64,000 nt of DNA, from positions 2,806 to 66,805 of the forward strand of contig CAZJYY010000007.1 of assembly GCA_964550315.1 (NCBI GenBank), given 5' to 3'. The notes under the pieces are model-generated. The model had not been told where the DNA came from. It worked only from the letters and a program-made list of their open reading frames with translations, and did not search any database. Of the stretch, positions 8,039 through 16,345 are shown piece by piece. The translations under genes were made by a program, and so were the position numbers. The first letter of the stretch is position 1. Each line of letters starts with the position of its first letter. Origin of the DNA: an uncultured Oscillospiraceae bacterium. GTDB taxonomy: Bacteria > Bacillota > Clostridia > Oscillospirales > Oscillospiraceae.

Positions 8039-9187
8039 TTACATCATAGTCATGCTGAACCCGAACTGCTCCTGCTCGTCCTCATAGCCCATGCAGTTTT
8101 CCGGTTCCTGTTTCAGTTCCTCAATAAAATCATTGAGATTTTGGTCATTGATTTTGTCGTGATCGGTATTGGCGATGGCGTCCAAAAGCAGATACACACC
8201 GGCGAAGGACAGCGCTGTAAGCGTGGCAAGCTCCGTGATGGTTTCCAGCTCATCGTCCTCACTGACGCCCTGCTCCAAGTATTTTGCATGATGCAGAATT
8301 TCATTGGTGAGCTTTCTGCCACTTCGGGACATAGGCATTTCGGATGCCTGCACAGGCTTGCGTTCCAATGTGTCGCGCTGCCATTCCCAGCCGGTGGCTT
8401 GCTCCGGCTCCTGCTTTTTCTCTCTGTAGTCAAACTCCAACTCCATGTTGACCTTGGAGTCCCGCTCACCGAACAGCCGGTCATCACGGCATGGCTTGCC
8501 GTTGGGACACAGGTAGGTGATGGTCTTGCGCTTGTCCGACCACTTGACGAAGTACCCCTGACACTCCATGTTGAAAATGAAATCCTCACGGGTTTTGCTC
8601 TTTGCCATAGCGATGTCGATAGCCTGCTGGAGCGCGTCCTTCCAACTGTCGCCCCGTGCCTGTGCCTTACGCTGGGCGCGGCTTGGAGTCTTGCTTCGTC
8701 CAAAGGTGTAGGTGGGCAGCGTTTCAAACCCGTGCGCTTGGCATATCTCATCGGAGGACAGCCGCAGCTTGCGGATGGTATCTGGTGGCTGATGCAGCTT
8801 TCGCCCGTCTGCGAAGCTCACCGAGTTGATAATAAAATGCGAATGGATATGCGGAGCGTCGATGTGAGTTGCAATCAGAACTTCATAATCCGGATAATTC
8901 TTGCGTGCGAACTCGCATGCAATTTCATGCGCGGTCTGCGGCGAGATATTTTCACCCACCTTGAAGCTTTGGGTGTAGTGGTAGAACTGAACATCGCCGG
9001 TCTTTTTATGCTGCGCCTTGGTGGAGAGGAACTCGGCGACAGCGGTTTCGGCACAGCAGTTCTGTCCCGTGATGAGACGGTACCCCTCCGGCAGCAATGT
9101 CTTTTCCTTTAGACAGGCGTATTGGATCACGCCGCGCAGAGTGAAGGCGGACTGCTTCTTGTACGGGATGTAATTAACGGTCGCCAT
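8039..9187 (-). CDS. relaxase / mobilization nuclease (MobA/VirD2 family)
   Basis: 382 aa. The histidine triad HIDAPHIHSHFIINSV (HxDxxxxHxH) and the N-terminal catalytic-Tyr region MATVNYIPYKK are present. GGAGGA RBS. Its start overlaps the mobC stop. Confidence 0.88.
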   Translation of the reverse strand: MATVNYIPYKKQSAFTLRGVIQYACLKEKTLLPEGYRLITGQNCCAETAVAEFLSTKAQHKKTGDVQFYHYTQSFKVGENISPQTAHEIACEFARKNYPDYEVLIATHIDAPHIHSHFIINSVSFADGRKLHQPPDTIRKLRLSSDEICQAHGFETLPTYTFGRSKTPSRAQRKAQARGDSWKDALQQAIDIAMAKSKTREDFIFNMECQGYFVKWSDKRKTITYLCPNGKPCRDDRLFGERDSKVNMELEFDYREKKQEPEQATGWEWQRDTLERKPVQASEMPMSRSGRKLTNEILHHAKYLEQGVSEDDELETITELATLTALSFAGVYLLLDAIANTDHDKINDQNLNDFIEELKQEPENCMGYEDEQEQFGFSMTMM

Positions 9188-9587
9188 AGGTTTCCTCCGT
9201 AATCCCGAACAGCTCCATCATCTGACGACGACGGTCAACGGTGATTGGCGGTTGTTCCGTCTTCGCTTCTGACTCTGGCGGTACACTGTTCCCGCCGCAT
9301 AGCATGGTGAGCCGGTCGAAGACGCTGCCGAGGGCATCCTTGGTTTCGCTCAAATTGACCGTCCGAAGGTGTCCCAAGTTGGCGCGGACGGTCAGCTGAT
9401 TCAGATTGTTGCCGATGGCCTTCAACTCCCGCGTGAGCTTATGCAGGCCGTCGATCACAACAATCTCCTTGTTAAAAATCGCATGCCGGATAAAATCCGA
9501 CTTGCTCATATGGGCTTTCTTTGCCAGCGCCTTCAGCATCTGCCGCTCTTTTTCGGTAGCCCTAAAGGTTTCAAATTTGTCTTTCAT
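9174..9587 (-). CDS. mobC: relaxosome accessory protein MobC
   Basis: 137 aa. It has a ribbon-helix-helix-like N-terminus (RATEKERQMLKALAKKAHMSKSDFIRHAI) and LKAIGNNLNQLTVRAN, typical of the MobC family. AAGGAG RBS. Confidence 0.8.
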   Translation of the reverse strand: MKDKFETFRATEKERQMLKALAKKAHMSKSDFIRHAIFNKEIVVIDGLHKLTRELKAIGNNLNQLTVRANLGHLRTVNLSETKDALGSVFDRLTMLCGGNSVPPESEAKTEQPPITVDRRRQMMELFGITEETYGDR

Positions 9588-9724
9588 TCAAGTGTTCTCC
9601 TTTTTATCGTTTGTCGTTCCCCGCATCCAAAGTGGGCACGGGCTTCTGCCCGAAAACTGGCGAGGCGCGGGCGTATATACGCCTGCTCTGCTCGCCCCAC
9701 CCGAGGTGGGAAGGCGTATCCCCG
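9588..9724. other. candidate oriT region upstream of mobC
   Basis: Non-coding 137 nt between the AAA ATPase stop and the mobC start. It contains a perfect 14-nt palindrome GGCGTATATACGCC (9670-9683), a hairpin CCCACC-cga-GGTGGG (9696-9710), and a repeat of GGCGTAT as GGCGTATCCCCG (9713-9724). Confidence 0.35.
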
Positions 9725-10792
9725 TCACCCCTCGTCAGGAACGCAAGGGTCGCAAGTGACGGAAGATTTGGCACACCCGGTATTTGCGTCATTTCCGTCA
9801 CTTGAGTCACTGTGAACAGCAGAGAAAGAAATATCTACCAGCCGCTGACCGTTGCTGCGATAGCTGCGGAAGTGTATGCCTGCTTCCTCCAACGGATAGC
9901 GCCACTTGTTCATCATCTGCTTGAGACCTTTTGCTGAAATGTCCATATTGGTGTTAGCATGGAACTGTTCGGTCAGCTCCGCGTTGCTGCCGGTGTAGGA
10001 ACCGATGCCGCGCGTGAACACAATCAGCGCCGCCATCTCTTTTGGCAAAAGCATCTCCGGCATCTCCGCACTGTCCATAATTAAATCCCACGAACAGTTT
10101 TCTTTGCAGAAGTTCAGTTCCAACTCACGGTATTCAATGTCGCGTCCCGTGCAGACAAGTGTTGCTGCCGACTGGCTGCGTTTGCTCTTGTCCAGCACAA
10201 ACACAGCGTCCACCGCACCGCTGATGCCCGTTGTGCCCGAGAGTTTGTTCAGCGGATCGCTGTCACCCTGTTTGCGCAGATGATGTACCAGCAGGAGCGA
10301 GATGCCCAACTCGTCCGCCAACGCTTTTATCTGCTGGATCTCCTGATAATCGCTGGCGTAGGATACATCCGTTTCGCTTCCACGCACCATCTGGAAGGTG
10401 TCGATGGCGACCAGTACCGTGTCGGGGTGCTCGAATATGAATTGACTGATCTGATTGACCAACCCATTCGCCAGCGTCTTGGCCGCCACCGCGAAGAACG
10501 CGTTGGGCGGCACCTCATCGGTGATGCAGAGCAGACGCTCCTGTATGCGCCGGGCGGTATCCTCAAGGCAGAGATACAGTGTCGTGCCCTTTGCGGTTGG
10601 CAGGTTCCAGATGCACTCGCCTTTAGCAATGCGGATGCACAGGTCAAGCACCAGCCAGCTCTTGCCGATCTTTGGTGCGCCGCCCAGCACGGTCACGCCC
10701 TGCGGCAAGAGTGTCTGCACGCAAAACCGAGTCGGCGGCAGCCGCATGTCCATCAGGGTTTCGCCGTCGATGACGGCCAGTTTATTTTCCAT
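9725..10792 (-). CDS. AAA/RecA-like ATPase (RepA/DnaB-C-like, mobile-element replication or transfer helper)
   Basis: 355 aa. Walker A is GGAPKIGKSW and Walker B is LLLVHHLRK, a RecA-fold pattern common in plasmid or ICE RepA-like proteins. GGAGGG RBS. Confidence 0.7.
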   Translation of the reverse strand: MENKLAVIDGETLMDMRLPPTRFCVQTLLPQGVTVLGGAPKIGKSWLVLDLCIRIAKGECIWNLPTAKGTTLYLCLEDTARRIQERLLCITDEVPPNAFFAVAAKTLANGLVNQISQFIFEHPDTVLVAIDTFQMVRGSETDVSYASDYQEIQQIKALADELGISLLLVHHLRKQGDSDPLNKLSGTTGISGAVDAVFVLDKSKRSQSAATLVCTGRDIEYRELELNFCKENCSWDLIMDSAEMPEMLLPKEMAALIVFTRGIGSYTGSNAELTEQFHANTNMDISAKGLKQMMNKWRYPLEEAGIHFRSYRSNGQRLVDISFSAVHSDSSDGNDANTGCAKSSVTCDPCVPDEG

Positions 10793-10903
10793 GTTGATCC
10801 CTCCTTCTTGTCTGCTTTCATTTTACAAAATCGTGTGGTATGCTTATATAGCGAATTGCAAGAATGAAATTTCGTTAAAATCTATTCTTTACGAGGTAAC
10901 TGC

Positions 10904-11989
10904 ATGGAGATTACTTATCCCTTTGCGAAGGTATTTGCAGACAACACAAATCGTCTGAGTGCATTCCTCTGCCACGATGCACAGCACAGCAGCTTTCGGC
11001 AGATCGGCGACATTGGAAACAGCCTTGTGGATTTTTGCGAGCTGGACTTTGCTCCTGCATTGGAGAAAACAAAAGCGCTGGCAACCATGAAGGTTACCAG
11101 CGCCAATGCGGAGGAGATGAAGTCTGTCTGTTGGGCGGCCGTGGATTGTTTGAAGGAGAAACACGCCTATGCCCACTTCTTTTTGAACAGTGATTTGGTA
11201 CGGAATTTTTACGCCTCCAACCGCACTTTGCCGGAGCAGGCGAACTATGCACACTTCCTGTTTCGCTACTATGCTGGGATGCGGGTGTTCTATCGGGAGG
11301 CATTGGAGCTTTGTTTGAGCACCGAGGTGCTGCCGGAATATACGCTTCCGGAGCGGTATGTGATGTTCGCAAACCTTCATCCGGAGGTTCAGAATCAAAT
11401 GCTGCGGACCATGTACGCCGTGGCTCCTGTCAGTCATGGTCAGTTCCACGCCGAGCAGGTAATTCAGTTTGACAATCCGGACGAGGTCAATGTGCGGACG
11501 GTTTTAGACGGGCTGCACAGAGACAGCGAAAACTCCGTCAGCCTTCATGCGTATTTTGCCGTGCAGAGTCTGGAAGAAATATTGTATTTGGAACTGATGG
11601 AAGCGGTGAAGCGAGGCATCCGCGTAAAGCGCTGCGCATTATGTGACCGATATTTTGCCCTTGCCGACAAGCGCAAGCGCAGCTACTGTGACCGCCTTTT
11701 CGACAAGAAGCATACCTGCAAGCAAATCGGCGCCAAGCAGAAATTCAGTCAGGCTGTGGGCGGAGATCCTTACTTGCAGGAGTTTCAGCGGGTCTATAAC
11801 CGAATGTACAGCCGGTACTATCGCGAGGACGCCGGGGACGGCGGCAGTGGAACGAAAAAATTAAGCGACGATGAATTTAAGGTGTGGACGGCCGCCGCAT
11901 CTGAGCTGCGCAGGGCATACCGCAGGAAAGAAATCAGCGGTGAGGAACTACTTCACCGCATTGCAGACGATGGCGCGGTCAAAGGATAG
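10904..11989 (+). CDS. hypothetical protein with C-terminal Cys cluster (only plus-strand gene in the island)
   Basis: 361 aa. The C-terminal RCALCDRYFALADKRKRSYCDRLFDKKHTCKQIG looks like a CxxC...C...C zinc-finger-like motif, followed by a basic Tyr/Arg-rich tail. A weak GAGGT RBS is present. Confidence 0.6.
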   Translation: MEITYPFAKVFADNTNRLSAFLCHDAQHSSFRQIGDIGNSLVDFCELDFAPALEKTKALATMKVTSANAEEMKSVCWAAVDCLKEKHAYAHFFLNSDLVRNFYASNRTLPEQANYAHFLFRYYAGMRVFYREALELCLSTEVLPEYTLPERYVMFANLHPEVQNQMLRTMYAVAPVSHGQFHAEQVIQFDNPDEVNVRTVLDGLHRDSENSVSLHAYFAVQSLEEILYLELMEAVKRGIRVKRCALCDRYFALADKRKRSYCDRLFDKKHTCKQIGAKQKFSQAVGGDPYLQEFQRVYNRMYSRYYREDAGDGGSGTKKLSDDEFKVWTAAASELRRAYRRKEISGEELLHRIADDGAVKG

Positions 11990-12043
11990 TAACCCAAACG
12001 AAAACACACCCACAGCGTTCGCATACGCCGTGGGTGTGTTCCG

Positions 12044-12811
12044 CTATTTCATTGGTGGCGTAGTTTGTGGCTTGCAGTCTGGCGGCGTGCTGATCTTTTC
12101 TGGCCTTGTGTTGATGGTCTGGTCGATGACTTCGCCGTTTGGTTCTGGCAGTTCTTGCGATGGTGCAGATGCATTGTGCGACGGCGCTTCGTCTTCGCCG
12201 CCCATGATACCGACCTTCACGCCGGACTCGTACATGATGTAGTTCTCTGTGCGCTGGCTCGGGCCGCTCCACTTCACCAACCCGAAGCCGGGGACTTCAT
12301 AGTAGGCGTCACCGTCAATCCAGATCGTGTCTGAGCCAAAGGCGGTGGGATATGTGATGGTCTTGCCGACGAGGTTGCCGCCTGAGTCGTTGAGGAGTTC
12401 CTCCGAGTAGACATTGTTTGGGTAGACATCGGTGTGGTAAATATCAGCTGATGCCGGTGCGGAGTTTTGCGGCGCAGATTTCACCGCAGGGGGCGCGGTT
12501 GGTGTCTCTTGCATGGCGGTGCCGGGTTCATCAGCGGTCACGGGCACTGACATGATTTCTTCTTTTACGGCTGTTTTCCCAGCCGTTTCGGGGGTGTAAT
12601 GTTCCGCTACCGGCATGACCGGCGTATCGTCAGAGAATGCATACACTTCTCTTTGCGTAGGCTGCGGAAGCTCCTCCGTGTAGACGCCTAAATCCCCACT
12701 TTCAGCGTCTGCGGGTACTTTCCCGCCCACGTCGTTTTGAGGCAACACAGCGGCACACAGCGCCGCACATGCGGCGATTACGATAGCTGTTGTGAGTATC
12801 TTTTTCATCAT
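12044..12811 (-). CDS. secreted hypothetical protein
   Basis: 255 aa. The signal peptide is MMKKILTTAIVIAACAALCAAVLPQ, followed by a Pro/Thr/Glu-rich linker and a small C-terminal domain. Its start ATGATGA overlaps the stop of the upstream gene. Confidence 0.65.
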   Translation of the reverse strand: MMKKILTTAIVIAACAALCAAVLPQNDVGGKVPADAESGDLGVYTEELPQPTQREVYAFSDDTPVMPVAEHYTPETAGKTAVKEEIMSVPVTADEPGTAMQETPTAPPAVKSAPQNSAPASADIYHTDVYPNNVYSEELLNDSGGNLVGKTITYPTAFGSDTIWIDGDAYYEVPGFGLVKWSGPSQRTENYIMYESGVKVGIMGGEDEAPSHNASAPSQELPEPNGEVIDQTINTRPEKISTPPDCKPQTTPPMK

Positions 12812-13125
12812 TTTGCGTTTTCTTTCACAGATGCAGAAAGGCCATCCAACTCAACCGCCTCGGTCGATGTTGAATGGCCTTCTTCATAATTGTTCAATTC
12901 ATTTGCCAACTGCCACGCCAACTTAAAGCCGCAGATGAAGCTGTCATATGACCGCTCCAACGCCATCATGCCCAAGTCATCTACAATTCGCAACACGACC
13001 TTGCGATCCTCTACCGCCAGCCGTTCCCGTAACAGGTCCCGATTCGCCTCCACCGCCTGTTTCAGTTCCATCATCTCCGGCGGTGAATAAAAGCTGTCAT
13101 ATAGTGCTCCCAGTATCTTGTCCAT
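12808..13125 (-). CDS. small helical hypothetical protein
   Basis: The ATG at 13123-13125 (MDKILGALYD...) is preceded by AAGGAGG 9 nt upstream. It is translationally coupled to the downstream secreted protein gene. Confidence 0.6.
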   Translation of the reverse strand: MDKILGALYDSFYSPPEMMELKQAVEANRDLLRERLAVEDRKVVLRIVDDLGMMALERSYDSFICGFKLAWQLANELNNYEEGHSTSTEAVELDGLSASVKENAK

Positions 13126-13322
13126 GTGCCTCGCCTCCTTGTAGCAAGACACAATACCAGAATAGGATTGGAAAGTCTATTACTATTTCTGTTTGCTTTA
13201 TTGGATTGCTGAAGGGGCGGGAAGTGCAACAGCCATGGCACTTAATATGTCCTGACGGCGTGCCGCCTATTTAGAATAGGTTTACTTTCTTGCCGTTCAT
13301 TAAGGATACGCCACCTCGCGAA

Positions 13323-14660
13323 CTATTCCGATCTGCTTTTGTCTATAGATTCTTCAGCACATATGGGGTTAGATCCTTGTAAAATTTCGTTTATTCCGGA
13401 GACCAGTGTGCATGAGAAACTACGCAGTCCTCCGGGAGTAGAGAGTCCTCGAACCGGTACTTGTATCGCAAAGACTGTGTTGCCGTCAATCTGATAAGTC
13501 GCCGCCAGATTGATAGGTGCTTCTGCATCCAATCCTGACTCGCTTGGATACGCCAAAAACAGATATCTGCACCCAGAAGATTGGCAAAATGCAAGAGCCT
13601 CATATAAGTCGGCGCGATTCACATCTCTGCTGCCATTAAGGGATAAATGCTTGTATTTAGCGTCGACAAGATACACGACTTCACCAGTGTCAGGTTGTAT
13701 TGTACTAACATCTGGATAAACAAATAGTCGCTGCGTTGCCGCATGCTCTTGAACAGTCCCAAACGGGAACGGTTTCTGCCCTACGCTGTCGAGGTCCGTT
13801 TCGCCGATCCGAATGGCGGTTGTCAGTAACCACTCCCATATCTGCCATGTACTTACTATAAAACCGGGTGAAAGAATGCTTCCATCGGTGAATATAGCAC
13901 CCATGCCATGTATAATGTCATATGCCAAATCGTACTCGCCCTTCCATCGAAGTTCGCGCGCTGGCAACTCAAGCCTTGGTCGATCCAGTCTAACAGGATC
14001 CTGCGGTTGGAGTACGGTGATGGATTCTTGAAGAATGCGCTGCACCTTTACATCGGTGATATGTGGCTGTACATAACGCATAGCCGCGAGAATTGTCGCG
14101 TTATACTCATTTTTCTTATCAAATGTGACATTCTCCTGAGGAATTCCATCCGGCTGCAAGACAAAAGCGTCTTCAAAACGGATTTCACCCTCTATGGAAT
14201 AACCATCGAACTGATTGCGCCGGTACTTTCGTAGCAGCTGCCGCCGCAAAGGAATGAAGTTCTCCGCCAAAGCACGACCTACTATATCATAAAGCGTACT
14301 CCGGAATGCTGAGACCGTGTGAATATTATCGCCTTCGAGAAGTCTGCCGTATTTGGAGAGTGTGGAAAGAAGATAAAAATCTTCTTTCCAATGCACGTCA
14401 CTTTCCGCAAAACCAAGGTATTTCGGGACGATTTCAAGTTCGACTTGCACCGAAAGTCGGATAGACCCCGCAACATTTGCCGCGCGAACTGTATCTGGCC
14501 CCATAATCAAAGGTGCAGCGGTGAGGGAAAGTGCTTTCATAATCCGAGCATTCGCTTTGCGCAGTAATATGCGCATATTTTGCGGTGCTATGCGACATCT
14601 GTTCGCAAGTACGTCTATATTTTCTGCTGGTCCGTATTCGTGTAAGACAATTTTATACAT
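13323..14660 (-). CDS. McrC-like PD-(D/E)xK nuclease subunit
   Basis: The LEIVPKY motif and PDTGEVVYLVDAKYK (D...D-x-K nuclease core) match the McrC family. The ATG at 14658-14660 sits in ATGTATAA, overlapping the stop of the upstream AAA+ gene. The longer track ORF (to 14762) would overlap by 110 nt. Confidence 0.8.
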   Translation of the reverse strand: MYKIVLHEYGPAENIDVLANRCRIAPQNMRILLRKANARIMKALSLTAAPLIMGPDTVRAANVAGSIRLSVQVELEIVPKYLGFAESDVHWKEDFYLLSTLSKYGRLLEGDNIHTVSAFRSTLYDIVGRALAENFIPLRRQLLRKYRRNQFDGYSIEGEIRFEDAFVLQPDGIPQENVTFDKKNEYNATILAAMRYVQPHITDVKVQRILQESITVLQPQDPVRLDRPRLELPARELRWKGEYDLAYDIIHGMGAIFTDGSILSPGFIVSTWQIWEWLLTTAIRIGETDLDSVGQKPFPFGTVQEHAATQRLFVYPDVSTIQPDTGEVVYLVDAKYKHLSLNGSRDVNRADLYEALAFCQSSGCRYLFLAYPSESGLDAEAPINLAATYQIDGNTVFAIQVPVRGLSTPGGLRSFSCTLVSGINEILQGSNPICAEESIDKSRSE

Positions 14661-15762
14661 CTGGCTCACCGGCCGCAACCATTGCCGGATAAACATTTGC
14701 TGCAGTAATAGCTGGCTTTCGTAAAACGGCGCGGACATCCTCAGCAAAGTTTGCTTCTTCAACTAAGTACGGCGATCGAACATCGGATGCGTTGATTACA
14801 TATCCGATAGAGATTGAATTTCCAAAAAACAACTCTTCAATGTGCGTCATAATCGTGCCCCACACATCGGCGCAGTAATCCAGGGCAGAGGAGAGGTTGT
14901 CAGCCGCAGGTCTTCTGATATTCATAAATATGCCGTGACCTAATCTATAAACATCGCCTCGCCCGACGGCAACCTTGTCATTTATTCGCTTGAGCGCTCG
15001 TATCGCCGCAAAGTACACTTCCTCAGCACGGGTTGGAATTTCGGGAAGCGCTACATCTTCAGTAATTCCAAAGAAGGTCCTTAAAGCATTGTAATCTGGC
15101 TCCAGCAAAACAGATTCCCAGCGCCTGAGAAACGCCACATCCAACGGAGCAACAGATACATCCGCCTGATTCATAGCTGCCAGAATATATAGGCGCGGCG
15201 AAAATGCGTAATCGACTGCATTCCCATCAACGGGCGAAATTATTTCAAAGCTCTGTGTCGTGGGAAGCACGGTGCCATCTTCAGCCAACCGTTTATCCAG
15301 TTCCAAAGCGGTAATACTCCCGCCGAATGCTTCAACGGCAGGACCGCGGTTGATTTCATCAAAAATGACAAGCGCAGCACTGTCCGGCTGTTTTGCGAAT
15401 TCATTCGCACGGTACAGAATGCCTTGTGTAACACAATACCCGTTATTCTCTGTGCCGATTTGAGGAACAATTCCAGTCAGCAGATCGCGGTACTTAGTGT
15501 TCTGGTGAAATGTTGTGCGGAAAACTTGTTTATGGGGAACGCGCAAAAACGGGAGCCTGCGCATTATGGGTGTTTCGACATCTGCGGGGATAGGAATTGC
15601 AGCACCAGGAATGTGTGCTGGAGCGTCTACCGGTTGACGGACAGTCATAAATTCTTCAGCCACTTCGTTCATAAGTCGAGACTTTCCTGTGCCTGGTGCT
15701 CCAATCAGCAAAACATTTTTACGTGTTTGCAGTTTCGCCAAAACCTCAAATTTATCTGCCAT
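14653..15762 (-). CDS. McrB-like AAA+ GTPase/ATPase lacking an N-terminal DNA-binding domain
   Basis: Walker A is LLIGAPGTGKSR at about residue 20 of 369, and Walker B is LVIFDEINRG. AAMNQADVS and LDVAFLRRW correspond to the McrB signatures MNTADRS and DxAxRRRF. The ATG at 15760-15762 follows GGGAGGG and overlaps the upstream stop by 11 nt. Confidence 0.82.
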   Translation of the reverse strand: MADKFEVLAKLQTRKNVLLIGAPGTGKSRLMNEVAEEFMTVRQPVDAPAHIPGAAIPIPADVETPIMRRLPFLRVPHKQVFRTTFHQNTKYRDLLTGIVPQIGTENNGYCVTQGILYRANEFAKQPDSAALVIFDEINRGPAVEAFGGSITALELDKRLAEDGTVLPTTQSFEIISPVDGNAVDYAFSPRLYILAAMNQADVSVAPLDVAFLRRWESVLLEPDYNALRTFFGITEDVALPEIPTRAEEVYFAAIRALKRINDKVAVGRGDVYRLGHGIFMNIRRPAADNLSSALDYCADVWGTIMTHIEELFFGNSISIGYVINASDVRSPYLVEEANFAEDVRAVLRKPAITAANVYPAMVAAGEPDV

Positions 15763-16345
15763 TGTTCCATTCCCTCCCGTTTTCAATATCTACATATCCA
15801 TTCGGGGTACCCCGACAATGAGCGTTCAGTCCGCGTAAAATGGGATCTTTAACAGCGGGATGCCAATTATCATTACGTAATGACTGCTCCGAAGTAAAAG
15901 ACGGCCATACGCGGTTTTCACTGTCAAGAACAAGTATAAGTACACAATCATCTGTATTAGTAGGCCTAACCTGTTCTGGAAAGCACTGGTGAACTGTTGC
16001 AATACGGACTTCTCCTGGGCGCGAATTCGTCGGCTGATGAATGGTTACATTCGTCGGAGGCAGTTCTGGCCAATAAAACTGCCCTAAGAGCGTGTTATCA
16101 GGACCTTGTACGGTAAACATACGGTTAAACAGCGGCGTGAACACACTATCAGGTCTGAAACGCAAGTCACGCGCGCCTCCTCCGTTATCAGAGTCGTTGG
16201 ACTCTGCTCGGAACTTTCTAAAGTCTCCGGGGACAATTTTTTTATAGATTATCAGCTTAACCCCTGTCAGCTGTGTGTTTCCGTTTGGCAATAAACTCAC
16301 CCGTCCTTTCGCCCACAATATCGGTTGGTATGTATGGTGTTGCAC
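15752..16345 (-). CDS. orphan protein of unknown function (candidate DNA-recognition subunit)
   Basis: 197-aa frame between the methyltransferase and the McrB-like gene, with both ends overlapping its neighbours. The first codon is GTG (16345). Alternative starts are GTG 16300 and TTG 16291, both after GAAAGGA. See findings for a tentative B3/EcoRII-N-like motif. Confidence 0.6.
   Translation of the reverse strand: MQHHTYQPILWAKGRVSLLPNGNTQLTGVKLIIYKKIVPGDFRKFRAESNDSDNGGGARDLRFRPDSVFTPLFNRMFTVQGPDNTLLGQFYWPELPPTNVTIHQPTNSRPGEVRIATVHQCFPEQVRPTNTDDCVLILVLDSENRVWPSFTSEQSLRNDNWHPAVKDPILRGLNAHCRGTPNGYVDIENGREWNNGR

Noticed and set aside
14661-14762. Longer N-terminus of the McrC-like ORF (and 15763-15786 for the McrB-like ORF)
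   Set aside because: The extension would overlap the upstream gene by 110 nt and has no RBS. The internal ATG at 14660 forms the typical ATGnnTAA coupling overlap. Likewise, the ATG at 15762 is preceded by GGGAGGG.
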